64,000 bases of DNA from an uncultured Trueperaceae bacterium (GTDB lineage Bacteria > Deinococcota > Deinococci > Deinococcales > Trueperaceae): the NCBI GenBank assembly GCA_963727505.1, contig CAVSGP010000004.1, positions 160,001 through 224,000 of the forward strand. Direction: 5' to 3'. A program made the translations under genes and the position numbers. Under the pieces are notes generated by a model. That model ran no database searches. It saw only the letters and a list, made by a program, of their open reading frames with translations, and had not been told where the DNA came from. The first letter of the stretch is position 1. Each line of letters opens with the position of its first letter. This document shows, piece by piece, positions 39,513 to 48,807 of the stretch.

Positions 39513-40286
39513 GTGCTGGTTCCCTGGACCGTAATCCTCCTCGCGGCGGTGGTCGTCGGCTTCGTCACGTCCGCCCTCCGCATCTGGATCGACCGCGTCT
39601 TCTTCGTCATCATCCTGCTCACACTGGGCCACCTGCCGATCAGAGAGGCAATCGCCCTGAACGTCCTGGTCCTGCTCCTCGCCTCGCTCACCCACGGGCT
39701 CGTGCGACGCGAAGGCTGGATCTGGGGAGAGTTCGCCCGTTTCCCATCCTGGGAAGGCTGGGCAGCCGTGCTCGCAGGGTTCACGGGAGGCGCCCTGGGA
39801 TGGACATGGGGGCTCATCCTCCCGGGCAGAGTCCTGCTCGGCGTGCTCGGCATCTACGCCATCGCGATGGCGATCCGACTCGCCGTGGTGAAGCCGCGGC
39901 AGGGCCGCCCAGACGCCGGCCACCCAGGCTGGATCCTGCCCATCGCCCTCGGTGCCGGCGCGCTCACCGGGCTCATCTCAGCGGGCGGCAAACCATTCGC
40001 CGTACCGCTCTACAACCGAGCCCTGGGGCACCACTGGCCGGTCGCCTACGCCATCGCAACGTTTGGTACCATCGGTGCCGCCATAGGCGCAGGCCTGACC
40101 CAGCTCGCGCTGAACGGTTACGGCCTCCCCGAAGTCGAGACCGTCCTGGCGGCCTGGGCCGGAATCTCCCTGATCGCGTGGCTCACCGACCGCATCTGGA
40201 GTCCCAAGCTGATGAGGGTCACTGCGCTCGCGGTGGCGGTCGTGCTCTTCCTGGTCGGCATCCGATTCAGCCTGAGCGCCTTCTAG
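39513..40286 (+). CDS. TauE/SafE (TSUP) family transporter
   Basis: 257 aa with about 8 TM helices in two repeats; GALTGLISAGG..F.VP motif; P..AIA and P..VL signatures. Confidence 0.75.
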   Translation: MLVPWTVILLAAVVVGFVTSALRIWIDRVFFVIILLTLGHLPIREAIALNVLVLLLASLTHGLVRREGWIWGEFARFPSWEGWAAVLAGFTGGALGWTWGLILPGRVLLGVLGIYAIAMAIRLAVVKPRQGRPDAGHPGWILPIALGAGALTGLISAGGKPFAVPLYNRALGHHWPVAYAIATFGTIGAAIGAGLTQLALNGYGLPEVETVLAAWAGISLIAWLTDRIWSPKLMRVTALAVAVVLFLVGIRFSLSAF

Positions 40287-40546
40287 GACGCGGGGCGGAC
40301 AACGGCGGTCAAGCGCCACGGCCGGCGCGGGAGTTGGGCGCAGTTCGTGGACAGTCTCGGGCTTGGGCTCTGGCCTCAGAACGCCAAGAAGTTGTGTCTG
40401 TACAGGGAGGCGCCCGTCCGTGCCGTGTACCGATGATGCTTCGCATGTAGAGGGTAGGGAGGCCGACCGCACAGCCGTATGCCGGACCGGACCCCTTGGC
40501 CCACGCATCATCGGACTGCGAGCATCCTGTGGCCGCCAGCCAGCCC

Positions 40547-41020
40547 CTAGCGAGCGCCGAACGCGACCAAGCGAGGATCGAACCGGATGGGGATGGGATG
40601 ATCGATCGTCAGCAGAGGAAAGCTGGGATGGTCTGGATTGATGATGATGTTCTGTTGAAGTGGCATCACTGCGCTGGGAACCGCCAATGCAAGGAACGCA
40701 CCATCCGCTCGCCAGGCTTCCCCGAGATCGCGTGTGATGGGCCCGATCGGGTTCGCGTCCCAGCTGGTGGGTAGGTCCTCCGGTGGTAGGCCGTAGACCT
40801 CGCCATCCGGGATCACTGCCCGGACGGCCAGGCGATCGCGAAGCGCGGATGCCGTTTCGGCGTTCGCCAGGATCTCCAACGCCGCCAGGGCAGGCGTGTC
40901 ACTCGTGTAGATCACACGCCGGTCGCGGTGGTTCCAACGTCCAGGACTCTTGGCGGCTCCTTCGCCAGAGAATGCCGAGTCGGCGTGCCGAACCGAGACG
41001 ATCCGCCATACGACCGTCAA
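40547..41020 (-). CDS. RES-domain toxin (NAD+ phosphorylase family)
   Basis: FSGEGA...GRWN, VIYTS, ALE, VPSAV, NIIINPDHP, FDPRL. TTG start overlaps the antitoxin stop. Confidence 0.92.
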   Translation of the reverse strand: MTVVWRIVSVRHADSAFSGEGAAKSPGRWNHRDRRVIYTSDTPALAALEILANAETASALRDRLAVRAVIPDGEVYGLPPEDLPTSWDANPIGPITRDLGEAWRADGAFLALAVPSAVMPLQQNIIINPDHPSFPLLTIDHPIPIRFDPRLVAFGAR

Positions 41021-41487
41021 GACGGGATGCCATACTCGATCCGGCCCAGCAGATCCTCTACCTCCTGAACGCCCGCATCCGTCCTGGCCATGATCAGCGG
41101 ACTCACGTTCCCGAGAGCGCGTTTCGGAGTTCGGATCCACTGTCGCGCCTCTGCCTCGTCTCCCAGCACAGCCACAGCTCTGGCGAGCAACCTGGTGAGC
41201 CGGTAGAGCCGGTCGCTCTCTTCGGCGGTCAGCCTCTTCGTCTTCTTCCTACGACCGAAGGTACTTCGTGAGATGTCGACGGCCCTCAGGACATCACCTT
41301 CCGGGACGCTCATGTACTCCGCCAGCCGAGAAACGGACGCGCTCTCGAGACCCCTACCAACCGCGCGGATCACGACGTCAGTGTCGGGCTCTTTCGGCAG
41401 GCCGAGGATCCTGACCGTGATCTTGCGAGAACGCATCTCAGGCGTCTCGACCTTCGGAATCCTGTAAGCCCGCCGAGCGGTCGTCAT
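41017..41487 (-). CDS. Xre/MbcA/ParS-type antitoxin
   Basis: IS.STF.RRK...L...ESDRL.RL..., W...P..ALG...PL, V..LLGRIEYG.PS. Confidence 0.92.
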   Translation of the reverse strand: MTTARRAYRIPKVETPEMRSRKITVRILGLPKEPDTDVVIRAVGRGLESASVSRLAEYMSVPEGDVLRAVDISRSTFGRRKKTKRLTAEESDRLYRLTRLLARAVAVLGDEAEARQWIRTPKRALGNVSPLIMARTDAGVQEVEDLLGRIEYGIPS

Positions 41488-41514
41488 GTGGCCGTCATCC
41501 CTTCCTCGCCGTTG

Positions 41515-41541
41515 GCCCATATGGGCACATTGATTATAGCA
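41515..41541 (-). promoter_or_regulatory. TA operon promoter and palindromic operator
   Basis: Consensus extended -10 TGcTATAAT (41533-41541, minus) with the perfect palindrome GCCCATATGGGC (41515-41526) at the start site. Confidence 0.75.
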
Positions 41542-41840
41542 TCTGGCACTACTGCGTCTGGCACTGTAACATCGGGCATCGCCGCTTCCTGGCACCGACC
41601 GAGGGCATCGCGCTTTCCGGCGCGAATTGGCACCGCGTCCCCCTCGTCCGGACCAACAGCGGTCCCGGAATTCGTCCAACGGGCCGGCGTCCACGTCCGG
41701 CGGCACGCAGGTCACGCCCTCGAGGCCCGGACCCGGCGCAGTGCAGATGCGGGCTACAACACCGGAGCGTCCACCGCGAGTGCTAGCGTTGGCTGACCCT
41801 CCTATCCGGACGAGAGCACCCGCGAGGGTCCTAGGGGAAG

Positions 41841-42134
41841 ATGAACCCATACGAACGACGTCGCGAGCGTGGCGCAGGCCCCGCCCAACGAGCTCGAAGA
41901 CCCTGGCAGGACAGGCCGGCCCGCATGCTGTCGTCCGGCGACACGACCAGGTTGAGCGCCCTGGTCGAACACGGGCTGGTCGCTATCCACGAGATCCGCA
42001 GGCAACGCGCCGTGTACGCCACCATCGAAGTTGCGATCGACCGCGCCCCGCCCCGTCTCACCGTCCTCGACGCGGCCGAGCATTCCACGTCCTCGCCGAA
42101 CGCCGCCGGCGCACCCGACGGGAAGGCGTCATGA
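41841..42134 (+). pseudogene. Possible MarR-like regulator remnant
   Basis: LSSG.TTRL..LVEHGLV......RAVYATI resembles a MarR helix-wing; stop overlaps the peptidase ATG (ATGA). Confidence 0.3.
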
Positions 42135-43303
42135 ACCCCGCCGAACCGCCGCGAGGCTTCCCAAAGGCGGAGTACGAGGCGCGCCTGGAGCGTGCACAAC
42201 GTTCGATGCGTGAGGACGGGCTCGACGCTCTGCTGCTCATGAGCGAGCCCGACGTGCGCTACTTCAGCGGTTTCGTCACACCGCTCTGGCAGAGTCCGAC
42301 GCGACCCTGGTTCTTGATCGTGCCCGCGGCCCGCAAGCCGATCGCGGTCATCCCCGAGATCGGTGCGCCACTCATGCTGCGAACCTGGCTCGAGGATGTA
42401 CGGACGTGGCCCGCTCCACGCCCCGAGGACGACGGTGTGTCGCTCCTGCTCGACGCGTTGCGGGGCATCGGAGCGGGAGCGGGTCGCGTCGGCCTTCTCA
42501 CGGGCCCGGAGACGGCGCTGCGCATGCCGCTGGCCGACTACCATCGGTTGCGCGACGCGCTGCCGCACGCACGGTTCATGGACGCGACGGGCCTCATGCG
42601 CAGCCTCCGTCTGGCCAAGTCCGAACGCGAGATCGCGAAGATCGGCTACGCGTGCGAGGTCGCGTCGACCGCCTTCGCGTCCGTGCCCGAGCTGGCGTTC
42701 GCCGGGCAGCCCCTGGCAGAGACCTTTCGCGCTTTCAGGATCGCCCTTCTCCGGGCGGGCGCCGACGACGTCGCCTACCTGGCCGGGGGCGCCGGGCCCG
42801 GCGGCTATCCCGACGTCATCTCGCCGCCGAGCGGAAGGCTATTGCAGGACGGGGACGTCCTGGTGCTCGATACCGGCGCGGTTCACGACGGCTACTTCTG
42901 CGACCATGACCGCAACTACGCGATCGGCCGTGCAGACGACACGGTGCTGCGCGCCTACGACACCCTCTACAGGGCCACCGAGGCTGGACTGCGTGCCGCG
43001 CACCCCGGCTCGACCTGTACCGACCTGTTTCACGCCATGCGTGCCGTGATCGAAGCGGACGGGCACGAGGCCGACCCCTTCGGCCGCATGGGACACGGGC
43101 TGGGTATGCAACTGACCGAATGGCCCTCGATCCGGACGGGCGACGCCACCGTGCTGTCGCAGGGGATGGTCCTCACGCTCGAGCCGGGGCTCACGCTGGG
43201 CTCGGGCCGTTGCATGGTCCACGAGGAGGACATCGTGATCCGCGACGACGGGGCGCATCTGCTGAGCCGTCGTGCAGCGCCGAGCTTGCCGGTCGCGGGG
43301 TGA
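42131..43303 (+). CDS. M24 (Xaa-Pro peptidase/creatinase fold) metallohydrolase
   Basis: Creatinase-like N-terminus (EYEARL, GLDALL, VRYFSGF); KSEREI; ligands in LDTG, CDHDR, GHGLG, TLEPG, HEED. Confidence 0.92.
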   Translation: MNPAEPPRGFPKAEYEARLERAQRSMREDGLDALLLMSEPDVRYFSGFVTPLWQSPTRPWFLIVPAARKPIAVIPEIGAPLMLRTWLEDVRTWPAPRPEDDGVSLLLDALRGIGAGAGRVGLLTGPETALRMPLADYHRLRDALPHARFMDATGLMRSLRLAKSEREIAKIGYACEVASTAFASVPELAFAGQPLAETFRAFRIALLRAGADDVAYLAGGAGPGGYPDVISPPSGRLLQDGDVLVLDTGAVHDGYFCDHDRNYAIGRADDTVLRAYDTLYRATEAGLRAAHPGSTCTDLFHAMRAVIEADGHEADPFGRMGHGLGMQLTEWPSIRTGDATVLSQGMVLTLEPGLTLGSGRCMVHEEDIVIRDDGAHLLSRRAAPSLPVAG

Positions 43304-43382
43304 GCATCCTGGGCCCGAGGCGCCGCCTTGGAGAGGCACAAGATCGCCGACCAGGCAGGTTGGCGCGCTCGGGACAGGCCAC

Positions 43383-43874
43383 CTACGAGGGCGCCGCCGG
43401 CACGCCGGCGGCGAGGAACGCCCTGGCCTCCTCCACCCCGTACCAGCCCTCCCCCGCGCCAACCTCGGGGTAGAGGCGATCGAGCATCGCCAGGGTCGGG
43501 GTGGGCAGGTCCTCCAGATCGACCGGGCCGTGCGGCGGTGGCACGTGGATATCGACCGCGAGCAGCTCGTGGTCGCCTTCGGCGCGCATGAACAGGCCAG
43601 CCAGACGGACTTCCAGCACATCGCCGGGCTGCGGCTGCGCGTTGGTCAGCACCAGCACGTCGAAGTGCGGTGCGGGCGGCTCCCCGAACCCGGCCACCCA
43701 ACCGGAGGCGCCCTTGAAGCGCCGGACGTACAGGAGCGACTCCTGGTCGGTGCTGACGAAGACCCCGCGCTGCGGTCGGAACTCCATGTGGTGCCGCTCT
43801 CCGCGCGGCTGCATGATCACGACCCATGCAAGCTCCGGATGCCGCGGATGCGGCTCGCCCGGCCCGAACGGCAT
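43383..43874 (-). CDS. Divergent family I inorganic pyrophosphatase-fold protein
   Basis: VVI.QP.G....EF, GW..G, FDVLVL....PGDV.EVR..GL...EGD..LLAV follow the PPase layout, but catalytic residues are replaced. Confidence 0.65.
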   Translation of the reverse strand: MPFGPGEPHPRHPELAWVVIMQPRGERHHMEFRPQRGVFVSTDQESLLYVRRFKGASGWVAGFGEPPAPHFDVLVLTNAQPQPGDVLEVRLAGLFMRAEGDHELLAVDIHVPPPHGPVDLEDLPTPTLAMLDRLYPEVGAGEGWYGVEEARAFLAAGVPAAPS

Positions 43875-44167
43875 CAGGAACCGCCCACCGCGTGCGCAGG
43901 GGTTCGCGCGTGGAGGGAGCAGGGACCGCGAGCCTCGCTCGGAGGGTCCGCCCGCGCATCGTCGCCCTGCGCCCCGCTCCCCTCCACGCCCCGCCACTCG
44001 CCCAGCCGTTCCTCGACCATGGGGCAATATAGCTTCCCTGCACTCGGCACCCCGCTCGGTGCATCCACAGTACGCTCAGGACGTCCGAGGGGGTCTGGTC
44101 CTCGTTTATTGCGAGGAAGAGCCTCTCGCCACGGCACCCCGGTCGCGGAACTCGGCGAAGGAGAAGC

Positions 44168-44864
44168 ATGGTCCGAACCACGCACCTCGATCGCAACCAC
44201 CGCACGCGATAAGCCGCTCCCGAACACGTTCATCCGCAACGACGCCGGAAGCGACACGCTCGCCGTGATCTTCCCCGGCCTGGGCTACCGCGCCACGATG
44301 CCCCTGCTCCACTACACCCAGCGCGCCCTCCACGAACGCGGCGCCGACATCCTGCGCCTCGATCTCGCGTACGATCTCGATCCCGACTTCCCCCGGGAAG
44401 ATCCGTCCGCTCGGCGGACGTGGATCCGCGACGATGCACGCAGCGCGTACGAGGCAGCCGCCCGGCAAGGCCCCTACCGCGACGTAGTCTTGGTCGGCAA
44501 GTCCCTCGGGACGCTCGCCCTAACCGACATCCTCGAACGGGACGAGCAGCAACCTTCCCCCGCCTGCGTGTGGCTGACCCCCCTGTTGAACGACGCCTCG
44601 CTGGTCGAAACCATCCGCCACCGGCGACCCCCTTCCCTGTTCGTGATCGGCACCGCCGACCCCCTCTACGACGGGACGCTGGTCGACGATCTCGCAGCGC
44701 GCACCGGGCGCCGAAGCGTGGTCGTCGAAGGCGCCGATCACAGCCTCGAGATCCCGGGGGACATGCCGACGACCCTGCAGGCCATGCAGGCCTATCTCTC
44801 GGCGCTCGAGGGATTCCTGGCGAGCTCCGGCACGACCACCGAGCGCGCGCAGCCACTCCCTTGA
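44168..44864 (+). pseudogene. Alpha/beta hydrolase with apparent 5' frameshift
   Basis: PGLGY..MPLL.Y, GKSLG, WLTPL, GTADP, ADHSL triad are intact. The AAGGAG-preceded ATG at 44168 is out of frame and stops after 14 codons. Confidence 0.6.
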
Positions 44865-44983
44865 GCGTGGCTGTGGCTGCGTCTGCAATGGGAGAGGCGC
44901 GACCTCGGCCGCTCCCTGCGCGAGGAGGCTTCTGGCGCGGGCGAGGGTTCGCGGCACGCAGCGAGACCGAGAGAGGGGGATGC

Positions 44984-45406
44984 ATGATCCACTACCTCGA
45001 ATCCGCCGACACCATCACGCCGAACCAACTGGCTGGCTTCTTCGATGGCTGGCCCCGACCGCCGACGCCCCAGACCCACCTTCACATCCTGAGAAGCAGT
45101 GACGAGGTCGCACTCGCGCTGACCGACACGCCCGAACCCCGCGTCGTAGGGTTCGCCACGGCCATCACCGACGGCGTCCTGGCGGCCTACATCCCGCTCC
45201 TCGAGGTCCTGCCCGACCACCGCGGACGCGGCATCGGCAGCGAGTTGGTCAGGCGCCTCCTGGTGCGCCTCGACGGCCTCTACATGATCGACGCCCTCTG
45301 CGACCAGGACGTGCTGCCGTTCTACACGTCGCTCGGTATGGAGCCCGCAACCGGCGCGTCGATCCGTGTCTACGCGCACCAGTCCGGCTCGGCCCGAGAG
45401 CCGTAG
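44984..45406 (+). CDS. GNAT-family acetyltransferase
   Basis: VVGF..AITDG...AYIPLLEVLPDHRGRGIGSEL, PFY..LG. Confidence 0.92.
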   Translation: MIHYLESADTITPNQLAGFFDGWPRPPTPQTHLHILRSSDEVALALTDTPEPRVVGFATAITDGVLAAYIPLLEVLPDHRGRGIGSELVRRLLVRLDGLYMIDALCDQDVLPFYTSLGMEPATGASIRVYAHQSGSAREP

Positions 45407-45438
45407 GCCACGCCCACCGCTGCGCAGACCCCCGAAGG

Positions 45439-46269
45439 TCAATCGATCGCTCGTCGCATCGCGACCAGCGCGATGGCCACCATGGCCGTGTCGAACACCA
45501 CCAGCGCGGCGGTCATCGTGAGCAACCTTCCGACGTCGAAGCCGTCGAGGATGAGCCCGCGGGCGCCGGCGATGGCGTAGGTCATCGGATTGGCCCGCGC
45601 GATCCAGCGCAGCCACACGGGCATCGCCTGCAGCGGCGCTAGCGCGTTCGACGCGAACAGGATCGGCAGGCCCACGAACCCGGTCACCGCGAACCACTGC
45701 GCGTGGTTGCGGAACGCGAAGGCCAGCGCCATCGACAGCGCCGTGACACCGATCCCCAGCAGGACCCCGGTGGCCAGGACCAGGGCCACGCCGCCGAGTC
45801 CGGACGCCACGCGCACGCCCAGCAGGAACGCCACCAGCAGGATGAGCACGCCCTGCGCCGTGCTGACGCCGAGCACGAAGGCGAAGCGGCTCCACAGCAG
45901 CGCCGCGGGCGGGATCGGCGCCGCCATCAGGCGCTTCAGCATGCCCGTCTCGCGGTCGAACAGGACCTCCACCCCCCCCGCGAGCGCGCCGTTGAAGACC
46001 GTCATGATCACCACGCCGGCCGTCATGAACGCGATGTAGCTCGAGCCCTGCACCATCCCACTCTTCGCGAACAGGTTGCCGAACAGCACCAGCCACAGCG
46101 CGGGCTGCGCCAACGCCACCACGATCGAGAGCGGCGTGCGCTTGAGCCGCCACCACCAGCGTGTGCTGAGCGCCCAGGTCGCCTGCCCGAACGGGGTCGA
46201 TCGGGCGGGGAGGGTCGGGACGGGTCCCTCCCCGCCGCCCCCGGCAGGGCCGCGGTCGACGTGCTTCAT
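45439..46269 (-). CDS. ABC-2 exporter permease (DrrB-like)
   Basis: QPALWLVLFG, DRETG.LKRL..AP, LP..FASNALAP...MP.WL, NPMTYAI. Confidence 0.92.
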   Translation of the reverse strand: MKHVDRGPAGGGGEGPVPTLPARSTPFGQATWALSTRWWWRLKRTPLSIVVALAQPALWLVLFGNLFAKSGMVQGSSYIAFMTAGVVIMTVFNGALAGGVEVLFDRETGMLKRLMAAPIPPAALLWSRFAFVLGVSTAQGVLILLVAFLLGVRVASGLGGVALVLATGVLLGIGVTALSMALAFAFRNHAQWFAVTGFVGLPILFASNALAPLQAMPVWLRWIARANPMTYAIAGARGLILDGFDVGRLLTMTAALVVFDTAMVAIALVAMRRAID

Positions 46270-47237
46270 CTGGAGGCACCTCGTGCGGGCCCGTCGCTCG
46301 TAGAGCGCGAGACCTCCTCGGCCGTGAGCTGCAGGAAGACGTCGTCGAGCGTCGGCTGCTGGAACGCCAGCTCGAGCACGTACGCTCCCGCATCCCTTCG
46401 GAGTCGATCCACGACCTCCCACAGGCGTTCCGGCTCCCCCGTGAAGACCAGCTTCCCACCGTCGTCCACGCCGAAGGCCACCCGCGCGTCCAGCGAGCTC
46501 GCCACGTTCGGTGCGCCCGGCGCCAGGCGCACCTCCAGGCGGTGCGCACCGCGCAGGATCTTCGCCCGTAGCTCGGCGGGCGTCCCGATCGCCCGCAGCG
46601 CCCCCCGGTCGAGAATGGCCACCCGGTCGCACAGGGCGTTCGCCTCTTCCAGATAGTGCGTCGTCAGCACGATCGCGGTTCCGGCGGCCCGCAGGTCCCC
46701 GATCAGGGCCCACAGCTGGCGGCGCGTGTGGATGTCCAACCCTACCGTCGGCTCGTCGAGCAACAGGATCGGCGGTTGCGGCAGCATGCCGATGGCCAGA
46801 TCGAGACGGCGCTGCATGCCCCCCGAGTAGGTTCGCACCAGACGATCGGCGACGTCCCCCAGCCCCGACCACCTCAGCACGGCCTCGACGCGCACGCGGC
46901 GCTGGGCCCTGGCCAGCGGGTAGAGCGCGGCGTGCAGCTCCAGGTTCTCGCGCCCGCTCAGGTAGGGGTCCAACGCCGGCCGCTGCATGACCACGCCGAC
47001 GTTGGCGCGGACCGTCAGCGGCTCGACCCGCGGGTCCGATCCGAGCACCCGCACCTCGCCCGCCGACGGCGCCGTCAGCCCCAGCATGAGCTCGACGGTG
47101 GTCGTCTTCCCCGCCCCGTTCGGCCCCAGCAGACCGAAGATCTCTCCTGCGCGCACGTCGAGTGATAGGGCGTGGAGGGCCCGTACCTCCCCGAAACGCT
47201 TCTCGACGGACCGAAGGCTCACGACCGTAGGCGTCAC
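46266..47237 (-). CDS. ABC exporter ATP-binding protein (DrrA-like)
   Basis: GPNGAGKTT, YSGGMQRR, LLDEPTVGLD, TTHY. Confidence 0.95.
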   Translation of the reverse strand: MTPTVVSLRSVEKRFGEVRALHALSLDVRAGEIFGLLGPNGAGKTTTVELMLGLTAPSAGEVRVLGSDPRVEPLTVRANVGVVMQRPALDPYLSGRENLELHAALYPLARAQRRVRVEAVLRWSGLGDVADRLVRTYSGGMQRRLDLAIGMLPQPPILLLDEPTVGLDIHTRRQLWALIGDLRAAGTAIVLTTHYLEEANALCDRVAILDRGALRAIGTPAELRAKILRGAHRLEVRLAPGAPNVASSLDARVAFGVDDGGKLVFTGEPERLWEVVDRLRRDAGAYVLELAFQQPTLDDVFLQLTAEEVSRSTSDGPARGASR

Positions 47238-47325
47238 GCGGAAATCGCCCCTCTCCCACCGGGCGACGGCGTGCCGAACGGCGCGTAGACCGGCCTGCCA
47301 CAGGCGTCTGCGAGCTTGCCCGGCT

Positions 47326-48051
47326 TCACGCGCCAGCGGGTCCCGACCCGTCGAGCGCGGCGAGGAAGCCCTCGACCAACCGCATGAAGCGCTCGTAGTC
47401 CGGACGGAACACCTCGTGCCCCGCCTCCTCCAAGAACTCGACCCGCAACTGCGGCAGCGCCGTTCGGTAGCGCTCGAGGTCGGCCGCCGCCACGCTCGCG
47501 CTCTTCCCGCCGACCACCAGGAGCACCGGGCAGGCGAGAGCGTGCAGGTCGTCCCACAGGTCGACCCGCCGCGCATCGCGCCGGATCGCCCGGACCACGC
47601 GCTCTGGGATTCCGCGCTCGCGCGCGAACGGCAAGGCGTACTCGAGCCACGCCCCGTCGAGCTCCGGCGACCGCGCCGCATAGTCGAGGAGGATCAGCCC
47701 TCGCACCTGTTCGGGCTGCCGCACGGCGTACGCCAGCGCAACGGGCACGCCCATCGAGAACGCCATCACGCAGGCCGGCCCGAGCCCGGCTCCCGCCAAC
47801 ACCGCCTCCAGGTCGGCCACCCGATCGTCGAACGTGTACCCGTTCTCGGGCGCTGCGTCGCCCTCGAACACACCCCGCTTGTCCACGGCCAACGTCGACC
47901 GCGAAGCCAGGCGCACCATCTCCGCACGGAAATCGCTCGCCTGACCCAAGCTCCCGGGTAGGTAGACCAGCGGCACCTGTCCAGCCCCACCCCGCCGAAC
48001 GAGGTAGTGCAGCCGCACCCCGTCGCGCTCCCCCCAACGCTCTTCGATCAT
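47326..48051 (-). CDS. Alpha/beta fold hydrolase
   Basis: DGVRLHY, DKRG, AFSMG nucleophile elbow, AGH. ATG 6 nt after TATGGT. Confidence 0.85.
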   Translation of the reverse strand: MIEERWGERDGVRLHYLVRRGGAGQVPLVYLPGSLGQASDFRAEMVRLASRSTLAVDKRGVFEGDAAPENGYTFDDRVADLEAVLAGAGLGPACVMAFSMGVPVALAYAVRQPEQVRGLILLDYAARSPELDGAWLEYALPFARERGIPERVVRAIRRDARRVDLWDDLHALACPVLLVVGGKSASVAAADLERYRTALPQLRVEFLEEAGHEVFRPDYERFMRLVEGFLAALDGSGPAGA

Positions 48052-48175
48052 GCGTACACCATAGCGGAAGGGACAGGGTGGTCCACATGCGAACCGATTG
48101 TGTCTCCCCCCTCTGCTCCACGGGGCGGCCGCCCTCCCTACCCGGAGGAGCGGGCGCGGGGACGCCGCCTGAACT

Positions 48176-48730
48176 TCAGCGCTTCCACAGGTCCGCGATG
48201 ATGGACACGAACCGCATCTCGCCGTGAGAATTGCGCGGATCCGAGCGCTGCGAGCGGAAGATCGGCCCGTCCTCCGGGTCCCACGGCCGGTGATGGAAGC
48301 GCCCGTGCTCGTCGCAGTACTCCAGCAGCTCGACGTCGAAGCCGGCGCTCCCGAACACCTCCGCGAACAGCCGGTGATCGTACAGCACCCTGTGGTCCGC
48401 CGCCGGGTGCTCGGCCGGACCCGGCCCGCCCACCTGCACCAGCCGCCGATACGCGGGATCGCCGAAATTGCCGTCGGGAACGGCGCACCGCAGGTATCCT
48501 CCCGGCTCCAGGAACTCGAAGGACAGCGCGGCCGCGCGGCGTCCCTCCTCCAGCGTGAGGTGCTCCCAGACGTGCTCGCACAGGAAGGCGGACACGAGCC
48601 GGCTCGAGAAGCTCGCAACGAAGTCCGGCCGCTTCAGGAGGTCGAGGTCCTCCTTCTGCGTCGGGATCCATCCCGGATAGCGCTGCTCGCCCGCGCCGAG
48701 GATCACCCGACGGCGCGCCCGCCGGGACAC
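48176..48730 (-). CDS. Predicted class I SAM-dependent methyltransferase
   Basis: ILGAG, EHVWEHL, L.PGG.LRCAVPD, DH...Y. Start uncertain. Confidence 0.78.
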   Translation of the reverse strand: MSRRARRRVILGAGEQRYPGWIPTQKEDLDLLKRPDFVASFSSRLVSAFLCEHVWEHLTLEEGRRAAALSFEFLEPGGYLRCAVPDGNFGDPAYRRLVQVGGPGPAEHPAADHRVLYDHRLFAEVFGSAGFDVELLEYCDEHGRFHHRPWDPEDGPIFRSQRSDPRNSHGEMRFVSIIADLWKR

Positions 48731-48807
48731 CGCTCAGATCCACCATGCGCCCGAGCTTGACGGCTACCCGGCCGGCGCGGCTTCGGCATCACGTGCGCGC
48801 CAGGCGC

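Larger units (their letters stand above)
36527..42130. mobile_element. Putative degenerate tRNA-anchored genomic islet (right boundary uncertain)
   Basis: Starts at the tRNA 3' end with att-like repeats, carries a TA pair and has long intergenic spacers. No integrase or second att copy seen. Confidence 0.4.

Noticed and set aside
40391..40406. TGTCTGTACA as a GntR/HutC operator
   Set aside because: It lies between convergent genes, far from any promoter or hut gene.
40470..40500. Group II intron domain V-like AGCCGUAUGC
   Set aside because: No complementary 3' strand (ACGUACGGU), no domain VI and no RT ORF.
41542..41632. TGGCAC repeats as sigma54 promoters
   Set aside because: No correctly spaced TTGC -12 element.
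41627..42130. Long N-terminal extensions in the ORF track (M24, priA, purM, ABC genes, S8, amidase)
   Set aside because: Low-complexity Arg/Pro-rich read-through; RBS, leaderless -10 or stop/start overlaps give shorter starts.
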